Shown here piece after piece: positions 9,326 to 19,784 of a stretch of DNA of 64,000 nt. Where the stretch lies: the sequence record MT782071.1; one strand, given 5' to 3'. Each line of letters begins with the position of its first letter. The stretch's first letter is position 1. The notes below the pieces were generated by a model. It saw nothing but the letters and a program-made list of their open reading frames with translations, was not told the DNA's origin and did not search any database. This stretch comes from Escherichia phage JN02. A program made the position numbers and the translations under genes.

Positions 9326-10840
9326 ATGACTGACATTAAAGTACACTTTTATGATTTTAGTCACGTGCGCATTGAATGCGACGAAAGTACGTTTTACGAA
9401 CTTCGTGACTTTTTTAGCTTTGAAGCTGACGGGTATAAATTTAACCCAAAATATCGCTATGGGCAATGGGATGGTAGAATTCGACTTTTAGATTACAACC
9501 GTTTGTTACCATATGGACTTGTAGGACAAATAAAAAAGTTCTGTAACAATATGAGTTATTCTGTATGGATTGATCCTAAAATCTTTGAGACCGAAGACCT
9601 TACCAGGGAAGATTTTGACGCATGGCTTTCTAAACAAGAAATTTATTCGGGCAACTCCAAAATCGAACCACATTGGTATCAAAAAGATGCGGTATATGAA
9701 GGTCTAGTTAATCGTCGTCGAATTTTAAACCTTCCGACATCAGCAGGTAAATCACTAATCCAAGCACTTTTAGCTCGATACTATCTAGAGAACTATGAAG
9801 GTAAAATTCTCATTATCGTCCCTACAACAGCATTGACAACCCAGATGGCTAATGATTTTGTTGATTATCGCTTGTTTAGTCATTCGATGATTAAGAAAAT
9901 TGGCGGTGGTGCTGATAAAGCAGACAGAGCTAAAAACGACGCTCCAATTATTGTTGGCACATGGCAAACGGTAGTTAAGCAGCCTAAAGAATGGTTCTCT
10001 CAGTTCGGTATGATGATGAACGATGAATGCCACTTAGCAACAGGCAAAAGTATTTCTTCAATCATCTCAGGATTAAATAATTGCATGTTTAAATTCGGTT
10101 TATCTGGCTCATTAAGAGACGGAAAAGCCAATGTAATGCAGTACGTAGGTATGTTCGGCGAAATCTTCCGTCCTGTTAGCACGTCTAAATTAATGGAAGA
10201 CGGACAGGTAACTGAGCTTAAGATTAATAGTATTTTCCTTCGTTATCCGGACGAATTCACCGTTAAATTAAAAGGTAAAACATACCAAGAAGAAGTTAAA
10301 ATTATTACCGGACTAAAACGACGTACAAAGTGGATTGCTCAACTTTCAGTCAAATTGGCTAAGAAAGACGAGAACGCCTTTGTAATGTTTAAACACGTTA
10401 CACACGGTAAAGAAATATTTGAAGCTATTAAAGAGCTTGGATACGAAAAAGTTTATTACGTATCAGGTGAAGTTGATACTGAAACACGTAACGCGCTTAA
10501 AGTCATGGCAGAAAATGGTAAAGGCATTATTATTGTCGCATCATATGGAGTATTCTCTACTGGTATTTCAGTCAAGAATCTTCATCATGTTATTTTCGCC
10601 CATGGTGTTAAATCAAAAATTATCGTACTTCAAACCGTAGGTCGAGTGCTTCGTAAGCATGGTTCTAAAGCTGTTGCTACAGTTTGGGATCTCATCGATG
10701 ACGCAGGTGTAAAACCTAAATCATTAAATACTAAAAAGAAGTATACTCATCTTAATTACTTGTTAAAACACGGTATTGATCGTATCCAACGTTACGCTGA
10801 TGAGAAATTTAACTATGTAATGAAAACAATTAATTTATAA
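9326..10840 (+). CDS. uvsW: UvsW RNA-DNA and DNA-DNA helicase
   Basis: 504 aa; Walker A PTSAGKS; DECH box; matches T4 UvsW. Confidence 0.93.
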   Translation: MTDIKVHFYDFSHVRIECDESTFYELRDFFSFEADGYKFNPKYRYGQWDGRIRLLDYNRLLPYGLVGQIKKFCNNMSYSVWIDPKIFETEDLTREDFDAWLSKQEIYSGNSKIEPHWYQKDAVYEGLVNRRRILNLPTSAGKSLIQALLARYYLENYEGKILIIVPTTALTTQMANDFVDYRLFSHSMIKKIGGGADKADRAKNDAPIIVGTWQTVVKQPKEWFSQFGMMMNDECHLATGKSISSIISGLNNCMFKFGLSGSLRDGKANVMQYVGMFGEIFRPVSTSKLMEDGQVTELKINSIFLRYPDEFTVKLKGKTYQEEVKIITGLKRRTKWIAQLSVKLAKKDENAFVMFKHVTHGKEIFEAIKELGYEKVYYVSGEVDTETRNALKVMAENGKGIIIVASYGVFSTGISVKNLHHVIFAHGVKSKIIVLQTVGRVLRKHGSKAVATVWDLIDDAGVKPKSLNTKKKYTHLNYLLKHGIDRIQRYADEKFNYVMKTINL

Positions 10841-10854
10841 GGGCTTCGGCCCTT
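10839..10854 (+). other. intercistronic stem-loop between uvsW and uvsW.1
   Basis: AAGGGC-UUCG-GCCCUU hairpin overlapping uvsW stop, directly followed by SD AGGAG; no U-tract. Confidence 0.5.
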
Positions 10855-10865
10855 AGGAGATAAAA

Positions 10866-11099
10866 ATGGTACTTGAATTTAAACAATTTTTATACGAAGC
10901 ATCTATTGACGAATTCATGGGTAAAATTGCTAGTTGTCATACCTTAGAAGGGCTTGAAGAGTTGGAAGCTTATTATAAGAAACGTATAAAAGAAACGGAA
11001 TTAAAAGATACAGATGATATTTCTGTCAGGGATGCCTTAGCAGGTAAGCGTGCCGAACTTGAAGGCGACGATGATGAGGATGAGGAAGAAGACTTCTAA
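10866..11099 (+). CDS. uvsW.1: UvsW.1 small acidic protein
   Basis: 77 aa, D/E-rich C-terminus; directly after uvsW with SD AGGAG. Confidence 0.75.
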   Translation: MVLEFKQFLYEASIDEFMGKIASCHTLEGLEELEAYYKKRIKETELKDTDDISVRDALAGKRAELEGDDDEDEEEDF

Positions 11100-11156
11100 T
11101 TAAAAAAAGGCCCGACCTTTTTGGAAGGGCCAAAACCATAGGCAAAAAAGGTAACA

Positions 11157-11324
11157 CTATAGTAAAAGTTGGGTTTCGTTCAATTGCTCTTCTGAACTTT
11201 CTGAAACCGGCATTTGTTGGACATAATTATAACAAGGCCCAGGATGTGCGGGACCTTTGTCTGTTTCAACAACCAATGCAGAATCGATTGGAGTTTTACA
11301 GACAACACAAATCTTATCTGACAT
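11157..11324 (-). CDS. small Cys-rich protein (T4 uvsY.-2 position)
   Basis: 55 aa not in ORF track; hand-translated MSDKICVVCKTP...; SD GGAGG; CxxC plus distal Cys. Confidence 0.5.
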   Translation of the reverse strand: MSDKICVVCKTPIDSALVVETDKGPAHPGPCYNYVQQMPVSESSEEQLNETQLLL

Positions 11325-11356
11325 GATTGCCTCCTAAGTTGAAATTACATATCTAT

Positions 11357-11581
11357 TTATACCACTCGCATGCACATATCGATACCCATATCTTTTGTAT
11401 AAAAATACTCGTCGATGTATCCAGCAAACTTCCCTTTAATATAAAGGACGTCTTCGCCACAAGGATGGTCTGCCAGAATACGAATGTCCTGGCGACGTAG
11501 ACGATACTTTTCCATTAAGAATTTAATTTCGGTTTCAAATTCTTCATCATTATTAAAGGCATCTTCAATTGAATAACGCAT
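11357..11581 (-). CDS. hypothetical protein (T4 uvsY.-1 position)
   Basis: 74 aa; TAATG coupling to uvsY stop. Confidence 0.6.
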   Translation of the reverse strand: MRYSIEDAFNNDEEFETEIKFLMEKYRLRRQDIRILADHPCGEDVLYIKGKFAGYIDEYFYTKDMGIDMCMRVV

Positions 11582-11994
11582 TATTGCCCCGCTTCAAATT
11601 CTCGCATATCTTGGATATGTTTAAGTGCAAAACTACGAGACTTAACTGCGTCAAGTGCACCACTACAGAACTCAAGTAAAATTCCCCAGTATTGTAAAGT
11701 GGTCTCTATTTTAAGCACGTCTTTATCTGCAGCCAGGACAGTTTTCATTTCAGATTTCTCGTATCGGTCCATACTGAATTCATCACCGTCACCTCGTCCC
11801 GAGTAGTAGTCTAATCTTGCTTTTAGAGCAGTTTTCTTCTGAGTCTCTATACGCAACATTTCTTTACGAATAAATGAGTGCTTACGTAGCCATTTGCTGT
11901 ATAACTTAACATTATTCGCCGTCTCATATTGCAACTTTGTCATATCAATAGCTAAGTCTGCGTCTAACTCTTCCTGTAAATCTTCCAGCTTCAT
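11581..11994 (-). CDS. uvsY: UvsY recombination mediator
   Basis: 137 aa from internal ATG (MKLEDLQEEL...) matching T4 UvsY; the longer ORF-track start at 12075 lies upstream of the middle promoter. Confidence 0.92.
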   Translation of the reverse strand: MKLEDLQEELDADLAIDMTKLQYETANNVKLYSKWLRKHSFIRKEMLRIETQKKTALKARLDYYSGRGDGDEFSMDRYEKSEMKTVLAADKDVLKIETTLQYWGILLEFCSGALDAVKSRSFALKHIQDMREFEAGQ

Positions 11995-12049
11995 AATGTT
12001 CTCTCTTTTAACTAATAATCTCCCGGCTGTATCGGAAGGACCTAAAACC

Positions 12050-12076
12050 ATTATACATAGGTTGCCTTGAAGCATT
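12050..12076 (-). promoter_or_regulatory. MotA-dependent middle promoter of uvsY (oriF-type region)
   Basis: minus strand reads aTGCTTCA, 12 nt, TATAAT about 45 nt upstream of the uvsY ATG. Confidence 0.65.
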
Positions 12077-12473
12077 ACACTCTATTGCTTGACGCTAGCT
12101 GAAGTTTAATTTGTTCAATATCGTCAGGGTTGTCTACGACCGAAAATCTAATCTCTACTATAACCGTATAGTCATCATATACTGGCGTTACACTCACAGA
12201 AAGTTTGTCGATGCGTGGCTCATAGTTACGAACAGCTGCCTGGATATTACGCTCAATCGTATCGGCTGTAAGTGGTGTCATGTTCTCGAAAAGTTCATCA
12301 ACCAAATCGCATCCAAATTCAGGGTCGAAGGGGCGTGAGCCTTTTCTAGTTGTCACTATGCCAAGAAGACTATTTTTAATAGAACGAAGTCCTACAGAAC
12401 GAGCAACGTCCTTGTTCCAATCCATACGCATTTCTGGGTCGATATCTGAATAAAGTTTATTGATATTAGACAT
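12075..12473 (-). CDS. 25: baseplate wedge protein gp25
   Basis: 132 aa; matches T4 gp25. Confidence 0.93.
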   Translation of the reverse strand: MSNINKLYSDIDPEMRMDWNKDVARSVGLRSIKNSLLGIVTTRKGSRPFDPEFGCDLVDELFENMTPLTADTIERNIQAAVRNYEPRIDKLSVSVTPVYDDYTVIVEIRFSVVDNPDDIEQIKLQLASSNRV

Positions 12474-13099
12474 TATAGTAACTCAAAGAATTCTTTGAGG
12501 CCTCGTATTGTGTGAACGTGTGACGCCCCACATTTGGGACATTTAATAGGGGTTGCCAGATAAATTGATGGCGATACTAAAAGATTTTTAATATTGATCA
12601 TGTCATCTTCTGTTATAAGGCCGTAAAGGTCGTTTATTTCTGCTTCAGTTAAATCTTCAACAGGGATGGACTCTCCATTGACAAAAACGGCCTCAATACA
12701 TGAAGCAATCATTAATGCGATATTTTTATCGTCAAATAATTTAGGTTGACGGAACTTAATTTTAATACCACTGAACGAATACCAGGGATCGGCCTGTTCA
12801 TCTAATTGAGTGTGCAATAAATTCATATAGACTTGAAATGAATGCCCACAGGAACAATTCCAGGTGTGTTCTTGATTCACTTCACCTAATGAATGTGCCC
12901 ACAGATTTACCAACAATAACTCGGCTTCTTGTTTAGTCAAGTTTTTAGCGTTAGAGCAATTAGTGATAATATTGTTCACTGCTGATTCAATAGTACCAGT
13001 AGCTCGCGCACCTATGAGTCCTAAATATTCTTTTAAAGTAAAGGCTCTACAATTCACTTCTTTATCGCCTAAACGTACGGTAAACGTATATTTGTACAT
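12473..13099 (-). CDS. 26: baseplate hub protein gp26
   Basis: 208 aa; T4 size and synteny; late promoter TATTTATA upstream. Confidence 0.88.
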   Translation of the reverse strand: MYKYTFTVRLGDKEVNCRAFTLKEYLGLIGARATGTIESAVNNIITNCSNAKNLTKQEAELLLVNLWAHSLGEVNQEHTWNCSCGHSFQVYMNLLHTQLDEQADPWYSFSGIKIKFRQPKLFDDKNIALMIASCIEAVFVNGESIPVEDLTEAEINDLYGLITEDDMINIKNLLVSPSIYLATPIKCPKCGASHVHTIRGLKEFFELL

Positions 13100-13117
13100 G
13101 TTAACTCCTTTATTGTG

Positions 13118-13125
13118 TATTTATA
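13118..13125 (-). promoter_or_regulatory. late promoter (gene 26, minus strand)
   Basis: TATTTATA on plus strand, 19 nt upstream of gene 26 start. Confidence 0.65.
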
Positions 13126-13129
13126 AATA
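13122..13129 (+). promoter_or_regulatory. late promoter TATAAATA (gene 51)
   Basis: exact TATAAATA 18 nt before gene 51 ATG; shares 4 nt with the gene 26 promoter. Confidence 0.65.
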
Positions 13130-13146
13130 ATAGAAAAGGAGTAATT

Positions 13147-13899
13147 ATGGCTAATATAATTCGTTGTAAATTACCGGATGGTGTTCATCGTTTTAAGCCG
13201 TTCACTGTGGCGGATTATAGAGACTTTTTACTAGTTAGAAATGATATCGAACATCGTTCGCCGCAAGAACAAAAAGAAATAATTGCCGATCTGATTGATG
13301 ATTATTTTGGCGAGTACCCTAAAACATGGCAACCATTTATATTCCTGCAAGTTTTTGCAGGCTCTATAGGCAAAACAAAAGTTCCTGTTATTTTCACTTG
13401 CCCTAAATGCTCTAAAGAAAAAACCGCACCATTTGAGATATATCAAAAAGAACTAGTCGAACCTGAACTTGATGTTGCTGGTATAAAAATACGTTTTTCT
13501 TTCCCTGAAAAGTTTTATGACAATAAAGCATTAATGATAAGTGAAAACATAAAAGAAATATATTATAATGATGAATGGTACCCATGGAATGATTTGACTG
13601 AAGAGAACCAAATCCAAGTAATAGAAGCAATAGACATTGACTCGCTCGAGAAGGTTATTGCTTCTATGAACCCTATTAATTTGACCCTTAGATTAGGTTG
13701 TTGTGAACGTCATGTTAAAACATATACTGATATCTTAGAGGTTTTTAAATTGTTAGTTAACCCTGATGAGATTTTTACATTCTATCAGATAAACCATTCA
13801 CTAGTAAAGAGTCAATACACATTGGATTCTATTATGCAAATGATTCCTGTTGAACGTGGTATTGCTTTAACATTAGTAGAAAAGGACCATAAAAAATGA
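13147..13899 (+). CDS. 51: baseplate hub assembly catalyst gp51
   Basis: 250 aa; T4 synteny; late promoter upstream. Confidence 0.88.
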   Translation: MANIIRCKLPDGVHRFKPFTVADYRDFLLVRNDIEHRSPQEQKEIIADLIDDYFGEYPKTWQPFIFLQVFAGSIGKTKVPVIFTCPKCSKEKTAPFEIYQKELVEPELDVAGIKIRFSFPEKFYDNKALMISENIKEIYYNDEWYPWNDLTEENQIQVIEAIDIDSLEKVIASMNPINLTLRLGCCERHVKTYTDILEVFKLLVNPDEIFTFYQINHSLVKSQYTLDSIMQMIPVERGIALTLVEKDHKK

Positions 13900-15068
13900 C
13901 AGTATTCCAACGTCCAGGATATCCTAACTTAAGCGTTAAATTATACCAAGATTATTCGGCTTGGCAAGAAAATAGATACGTTGAACTCGCAGCAACAATA
14001 ACAACTTTAACCATGCGAGATTCGCTATATGGAAGAAATGAAGGGATTCTTCAATTTTATGACACTAAAAACATCCACACTAAAATGGACGGTAGACAGA
14101 TAGTCCAAATCTCTGTTTCAAATTCAAACACACCTCTCCAAGTTAGAACTCGAATTTACGGATGTAGACATTATTCTGTGTCTGTGGACTCAAAAGGTGA
14201 CAATATTATTGCAATTGAGCTTGGAACAATACATTCTATAGAGAACCTTAAATTTGGGCGACCATTCTTCTCAGACGCAGGAGAATCTATACGTGAAATG
14301 TTAGGTGTCATATATAAAGACCGTACGTTAATTACTCCGCCAATAAACACTATTAACGCTTATGTTCCTGATATTCCTTGGACAAGCACATTTGATGATT
14401 ATTTGGCATATGTCAGAGAATTAGGACTTGCTACAGCGAGTGATAAGTTCGTATTCGTATGGCAAGATATTTTAGGCGTAAACATGATTGACTATGATAC
14501 TCTTATTGGTCAGGAAGGCATTAAGATGATTGTAGGCGAGCCAAATACTGTAGGTCAGTATATTCAAGAGCTTGAGTATCCATTAGTATGGGATTTCACC
14601 TGGATGACTAAAGCTAACCAATTTACAAGAGACCCTATTAAAAACGCCACGATATTCGCTCATTCATTTTTAGATACATCTATTCCGGTTATTGTTACAG
14701 GTGATGGTGATAATGCTATTCTTGTGTCAAGATCTGGTGGATATTCCGAAATGACCTATCGTAATGGATTTGAAGAAGCAAGTCGTCTTCAGACAATGGC
14801 TCAATATGATGGATATGCTAAATGCACTACTACAGGTAATTTTAACATAACGCCTGCTACTAAAATTATATTTGTTGACCAAAAGAACCAATTCAAATCC
14901 GAATTTTACGTCGATGAAGTTATTCATGAGTTATCAAATAATAACTCACAAACTCATCTGTACATGTTTACCAACTCAATGGTGTTAGAACCTGTTAACC
15001 CAGTTAAGGTTAAAAATGAACTTAAATCTGATTCTACCTCTAAAGAAAATAATTCTACCACAGTCTAA
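13896..15068 (+). CDS. 27: baseplate hub protein gp27
   Basis: 390 aa; T4 size and synteny. Confidence 0.9.
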   Translation: MTVFQRPGYPNLSVKLYQDYSAWQENRYVELAATITTLTMRDSLYGRNEGILQFYDTKNIHTKMDGRQIVQISVSNSNTPLQVRTRIYGCRHYSVSVDSKGDNIIAIELGTIHSIENLKFGRPFFSDAGESIREMLGVIYKDRTLITPPINTINAYVPDIPWTSTFDDYLAYVRELGLATASDKFVFVWQDILGVNMIDYDTLIGQEGIKMIVGEPNTVGQYIQELEYPLVWDFTWMTKANQFTRDPIKNATIFAHSFLDTSIPVIVTGDGDNAILVSRSGGYSEMTYRNGFEEASRLQTMAQYDGYAKCTTTGNFNITPATKIIFVDQKNQFKSEFYVDEVIHELSNNNSQTHLYMFTNSMVLEPVNPVKVKNELKSDSTSKENNSTTV

Positions 15069-15549
15069 TAAAAAGGTAATGATTCCTAAATTAGGGCTCA
15101 AACATTATAATCTTTTAAAGGACGTTAAAGGTCCTGACGAAAACATGAAAATCTTAGCCGATTCTATTTGTAAAAATATGAGTCCTGCAGATTTTGATTT
15201 TGCATGTCTACACATATTGGAATTTAATAACAAACTTAAGTCTGAAGTTGAAAAAGACGGATTCACTTATAAACTAGATGACGTCTATGTATGCCAACGA
15301 ACAGAATTCCAATTTCAAGGTAATACTTTTTATTTTAGACCCCCAGGCAAATTTGAACAATTCGCTACAATCAGTGAAATGCTATCAAATTGCTTAATAA
15401 AAGTTAATGACGAAGAGAAAGAAATTTCTTTCCTTGAGATGCCTGCTTTTGTAATCAAATGGGCAGAAGACCTTTCGACAACTATTGCTATTCCAGGCCC
15501 TAATGGCCCTATTAAGGGTATAGCAGAAATTATTGGATTGCTTGAATGA
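15016..15549 (+). CDS. 28: baseplate hub distal protein gp28
   Basis: 177 aa; overlaps gp27 3' end by 53 nt. Confidence 0.85.
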   Translation: MNLNLILPLKKIILPQSNKKVMIPKLGLKHYNLLKDVKGPDENMKILADSICKNMSPADFDFACLHILEFNNKLKSEVEKDGFTYKLDDVYVCQRTEFQFQGNTFYFRPPGKFEQFATISEMLSNCLIKVNDEEKEISFLEMPAFVIKWAEDLSTTIAIPGPNGPIKGIAEIIGLLE

Positions 15550-17318
15550 AACCTGAAGAAATGAAATCCATGCGTAGAAATAAGGTCATTGCCGATAATA
15601 AACCACAAAAAGTAGCTGCAACAGCAGCTACTGATTCATTAGAAGCATTGAATGACATTTCATCAAAACTAGACGATGTCCAAGCCGCGTCTGAACTCAC
15701 ATCACAAAGTGTAGAAGATAAAGGCAATGGAATTATTGAATCAATTGGAGACTTAAAGAATTCGACAGATAATACTGCTGAAGGCACAGAGCTTATCGCA
15801 GAAGTTATTGAAAAACAAACTGAAGTCGCTAAAAGTATAAACGAAGTTTCTAGTGCAATAAGCTCTAAGTTAGACCGATTAGCTACATTATTAGAGCAAA
15901 AATTACAAACATCTACCGCTATTCAAAATACAGGAGGCACCTCTCTTGAAGTAATTGAGAACGCAATACCTGTTAAAGTGGTTGAGAATGAAACTTCTGA
16001 TGAGCTGTTTAAAGCATTACCTACACCTGAAAAGATTGATAATAAGCCAGACGAAGATTTCTTCCCAACCCCGGTTCAAGAAAGTGCTAATTCTACTTCC
16101 GATTCTAAAGGTGGAATTAGCTTTAAATTGAGCGATAAAATTGCAATGCTCACCAAAACAGTTCAAACCGGGTTTAATAAATCAATATCAATTTCAGACA
16201 GAATTGCTGGAATGCTTTTCAAATACACTATAACGGCTGCTATTGAAGCAGCAAAAATGGCCGCACTTATTCTTGGTATTGTTATCGGTATTGATTTATT
16301 GATAGTCCATTTCAAATATTGGACAGACAAGTTCACTTCTGCCTGGGATTTATTTGATGAAAACTTTACTAAATTCTCCGATGAAGCTAAAGAGTGGGGT
16401 AAATTCTTAAGTGATATATTCACTTCTATTGACTCGATAAAACAATTGTGGGAAGCTGGAGACTGGGGTGGTTTAACAGTTGCTATTGTCAAAGGTGTAG
16501 GAACAGCATTAATGAACTTAGGCGAACTAATTCAATTAGGAATGGCTAAACTCTCCGCGTCTATATTGCGTGCTATAGGTTTTGGTGATACCGCAGACGA
16601 AATAGAAGGACGTGCTTTAGAAGGATTCCAAGAAACTACTGGGAACAAATTAAAGAAAGAAGACCAAGAGAAAGTCGCTAAATATCAAATGAAACGTGAC
16701 GATGGGGAATTAGGAACCGTTTCTAAAGGTCTTGATATGTTACAACGCGGCAAAACATTCGTTACTAACTGGGTTCGTGGTAATGACAATAAAGAAGAGT
16801 TTAGTACAAGCGATGAGCGTGCTGCGGAATCAGCAAAATTAAAAGAGTTACCTGAAGAGGAGCGTAAAGAGGCGTATATAAAAGCTAATGAAACTCGTGC
16901 GGCACTGGTTAGATTTGAGGATTATATCGATAAAATCGATATGACTAATCCGGAAAATGCTAAAAACGTCGAGAAGTCTTATGCTGATTTAAGTAAACTT
17001 ATTAAAGACCCTGAACTTAATAAAACTCCTGTTGTTAAAAAGGAATTAGATGCTAGATTTGAAAAGCTAAATAATAAAATGGCTGAAGCCAAAAAGGCTC
17101 AGACAACAGTTAAGCCTGAATCTTCGACTAAATCTCCGGAAGCAAAACAAGTTCAGTCAATAGAGAAAGGACGTGCTTCTGAATCTAAACAACAGCAACC
17201 GGTAGCGGCGATTAGTAACACAAATAATGTCGTCAAAAAGAATACCGTAGTCCAGAATATGACCCCTGTAACAAGTACAACGGCTCCTGGAATTTTCCAT
17301 GCCACCGGTGTTAATTAA
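15546..17318 (+). CDS. 29: baseplate hub / tail length determinator gp29
   Basis: 590 aa; T4 size and synteny. Confidence 0.9.
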   Translation: MKPEEMKSMRRNKVIADNKPQKVAATAATDSLEALNDISSKLDDVQAASELTSQSVEDKGNGIIESIGDLKNSTDNTAEGTELIAEVIEKQTEVAKSINEVSSAISSKLDRLATLLEQKLQTSTAIQNTGGTSLEVIENAIPVKVVENETSDELFKALPTPEKIDNKPDEDFFPTPVQESANSTSDSKGGISFKLSDKIAMLTKTVQTGFNKSISISDRIAGMLFKYTITAAIEAAKMAALILGIVIGIDLLIVHFKYWTDKFTSAWDLFDENFTKFSDEAKEWGKFLSDIFTSIDSIKQLWEAGDWGGLTVAIVKGVGTALMNLGELIQLGMAKLSASILRAIGFGDTADEIEGRALEGFQETTGNKLKKEDQEKVAKYQMKRDDGELGTVSKGLDMLQRGKTFVTNWVRGNDNKEEFSTSDERAAESAKLKELPEEERKEAYIKANETRAALVRFEDYIDKIDMTNPENAKNVEKSYADLSKLIKDPELNKTPVVKKELDARFEKLNNKMAEAKKAQTTVKPESSTKSPEAKQVQSIEKGRASESKQQQPVAAISNTNNVVKKNTVVQNMTPVTSTTAPGIFHATGVN

Positions 17319-17326
17319 GGATTATT

Positions 17327-18436
17327 ATGATTAGTGTAAAAGAAATAGTAGTAGATGCAAAGGATTTAAATAAAGCAATCCCAGTCTCAGAAAGTGCTGG
17401 GCAAAGCACTAAAACCGAAACAACTACTAAAACTTATGTTGCTCAATTTCCTACAGGAAGAGCAGCCGGAAATGACTCCACAGGAGACTTCCAGGTAACA
17501 GACCTTTATAAGAATGGATTATTATTTACCGCGTACAATATGTCTGCACGCGATTCAGGATCCCTCAGGAATTTACGCCCGGCATATGCCGGCACTTCAT
17601 CTAATGGTATCATATCAGATTTAACTGATAATGTGAAAGATGCAGTGACTAAATTCTCTAATGGGTTGCTTCCTGCTGGAGCTAATAAACCTACTATAAA
17701 TAAAACTCCTGTTGCTAATATACTTTTGCCACGTTCCAAATCTGATGTTGATACAACTTCACATCGTTTTAATGATATCGGCGATAGCCTTATTACTAAA
17801 GGTGGAGGTACTGCTACGGGTGTTTTAAGTAACATTGCTTCTACTGCAGTTTTTGGTGCATTAGATTCTATTACTCAAGGGCTTATGGCTGATAATAACG
17901 AACAGATTTATACGACTTCTCGTAGTATGTATGGCGGTGCTGAGAACCGTACTAAAGTCTTTACATGGGATTTAACTCCGCGTTCAACTGAAGACCTTAT
18001 GGCTATTATAAACATTTACCAGTATTTTAACTATTTCTCATATGGTGAGACCGGTAAATCACAGTACGCCCAAGAGATTAAAAGTTATTTAGACGAATGG
18101 TACCGTTCAACGTTTATTGAGCCTATGACACCAGATGATGCGGTAAAAAATAAGACATTGTTTGAAAAGATTACTGCGTCATTAACAAACGTATTAGTTG
18201 TAAGCAACCCTACAATTTGGATGGTTAAAAACTTTGGTTATACGTCTAAATTTGATGGATTAACTGACGTATTTGGCCCATGTCAAATTCAAAGCGTACG
18301 TTTTGATAAAACTCCAAATGGACAATTTAATGGTCTCGCTGTTGCTCCTAACTTACCGTCAACATTTACGTTAGAGATAACAATGCGAGAAATTATTACA
18401 TTAAACCGTTCTTCACTTTATGCGGGGACTTTCTAA
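17327..18436 (+). CDS. 48: baseplate tail tube cap gp48
   Basis: 369 aa; T4 synteny. Confidence 0.9.
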   Translation: MISVKEIVVDAKDLNKAIPVSESAGQSTKTETTTKTYVAQFPTGRAAGNDSTGDFQVTDLYKNGLLFTAYNMSARDSGSLRNLRPAYAGTSSNGIISDLTDNVKDAVTKFSNGLLPAGANKPTINKTPVANILLPRSKSDVDTTSHRFNDIGDSLITKGGGTATGVLSNIASTAVFGALDSITQGLMADNNEQIYTTSRSMYGGAENRTKVFTWDLTPRSTEDLMAIINIYQYFNYFSYGETGKSQYAQEIKSYLDEWYRSTFIEPMTPDDAVKNKTLFEKITASLTNVLVVSNPTIWMVKNFGYTSKFDGLTDVFGPCQIQSVRFDKTPNGQFNGLAVAPNLPSTFTLEITMREIITLNRSSLYAGTF

Positions 18437-19398
18437 TGTACTCTTTAGAAGAATTTAATAACCAAGCTATAAATGCAGATTTCCAACGAAACAATATGTT
18501 TAGTTGTGTATTTGCTACTACACCATCGACTAAATCATCTTCACTAATTTCGTCAATTGGTAGTTTTGCTTATAATAACTTAGGGTTGAATTCTGATTGG
18601 TTAGGATTGACTCAAGGTGATATCAATCAGGGCGTAACAACCCTGATTACAGCAGGAACACAGAAATTAATTCGAAAATCAGGTGTAAGTAAATATCTGA
18701 TTGGAGCAATGAGTCAACGTACGGTACAAAGCTTGTTAGGTGAGTTCACAGTAGGAGCTTATCTGATAGACTTCTTCAATATGGCATATAATAATACAGG
18801 TTTAATGATTTATTCTGTAAAAATGCCTGAGAACCGATTATCTTATGAAACGGATTTCAACTATAACTCACCGAACATCCGAATTACCGGTCGTGAAATG
18901 GACCCGTTAGTAATAAGCTTTAGAATGGATTCTGAGGCATCTAACTTTAGAGCAATGCAAGACTGGGTAAACTCAGTCCAAGACCCTGTAACAGGTCTTC
19001 GTGCTTTACCACAAGACGTCGAAGCAGATATTCAGGTTAATTTACATGCACGAAATGGTTTACCACATACCGCTGTCATGTTCACCGGATGTATTCCTGT
19101 TAGTGTCTCTTCTCCTGAGTTAACGTATGATGGTGATAATCAGATAACAGTTTTTGATGTAACATTTGCTTATCGCGTTATGCAATCAGGTGCTGTAAAT
19201 AGACAGGCTGCTTTAGAATGGCTGGAATCAGGACTTATTAGTAGTGTTTCAGGAATGTTTGGAAATAATCAGAATGATTCTGGTCTAGGAAGCGCAGTAT
19301 CAAGACTTTCTAGATTAGGTGGGACTGCTGGAGGTGTGTCTAATATAAACACATTGACAGGTGTGGTGAATTCTGCGTCAAGAGTTTTAGGACTATAA
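18436..19398 (+). CDS. 54: baseplate tail tube initiator gp54
   Basis: 320 aa; T4 synteny; followed by terminator. Confidence 0.9.
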   Translation: MYSLEEFNNQAINADFQRNNMFSCVFATTPSTKSSSLISSIGSFAYNNLGLNSDWLGLTQGDINQGVTTLITAGTQKLIRKSGVSKYLIGAMSQRTVQSLLGEFTVGAYLIDFFNMAYNNTGLMIYSVKMPENRLSYETDFNYNSPNIRITGREMDPLVISFRMDSEASNFRAMQDWVNSVQDPVTGLRALPQDVEADIQVNLHARNGLPHTAVMFTGCIPVSVSSPELTYDGDNQITVFDVTFAYRVMQSGAVNRQAALEWLESGLISSVSGMFGNNQNDSGLGSAVSRLSRLGGTAGGVSNINTLTGVVNSASRVLGL

Positions 19399-19405
19399 GA
19401 AAAAA

Positions 19406-19422
19406 GGGAGACGTTGTCTCCC
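19406..19422. terminator. terminator between gene 54 and the minus-strand early gene
   Basis: GGGAGAC-GUUG-UCUCCC hairpin with A-run before and T-run after. Confidence 0.7.
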
Positions 19423-19431
19423 TTTAGGGGT

Positions 19432-19725
19432 TTATTTACGGAATGAAAGGAATGCTGGTGCTCGGAATGGAGTATCATCTTTAGAGTATTTAACTAATAC
19501 GACCATTGGTACCTCTGTTTCTAAATGACCTGTCACTACACCGATAAAAATTTGATCGGTGTGTTCAGGGTCACGAAAGTTTTTAAGAGGTTCCATAGCA
19601 ATATGGAATGCACCTGGGAATACTCGATTCAATTCGTCAATCACAGCTTCGTTAAAAACATCATCCGCTGGGATAGCATCTTCAACTACTAGTTCTTGAC
19701 CATTAAAGCGAAGCATAGATTTCAT
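19432..19725 (-). CDS. hypothetical early protein (T4 alt.-x position)
   Basis: 97 aa from internal ATG (MKSMLRF...) with SD GAGGAAA just downstream of an early promoter; ORF-track start at 19797 lies upstream of that promoter. Confidence 0.6.
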   Translation of the reverse strand: MKSMLRFNGQELVVEDAIPADDVFNEAVIDELNRVFPGAFHIAMEPLKNFRDPEHTDQIFIGVVTGHLETEVPMVVLVKYSKDDTPFRAPAFLSFRK

Positions 19726-19754
19726 AACGTTTTCCTCATGTTGTTGATGGGATG

Positions 19755-19784
19755 ATAGTATCACACATCCATGTGTTTGTAAAC
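19755..19784 (-). promoter_or_regulatory. early promoter
   Basis: GTTTAC, 17 nt, ATACTAT, then leader CAACAACATGAGGAAA and ATG at 19725. Confidence 0.65.

Noticed and set aside
11100-11135. Possible hairpin or terminator between uvsW.1 and the uvsY.-2-like gene
   Set aside because: Only a weak 5-bp GGCCC/GGGCC stem with a 13-nt loop; not convincing as an intrinsic terminator
11995-12075. N-terminal extension of uvsY in the ORF track
   Set aside because: The extension contains the uvsY middle promoter, and the internal ATG gives the 137-aa protein
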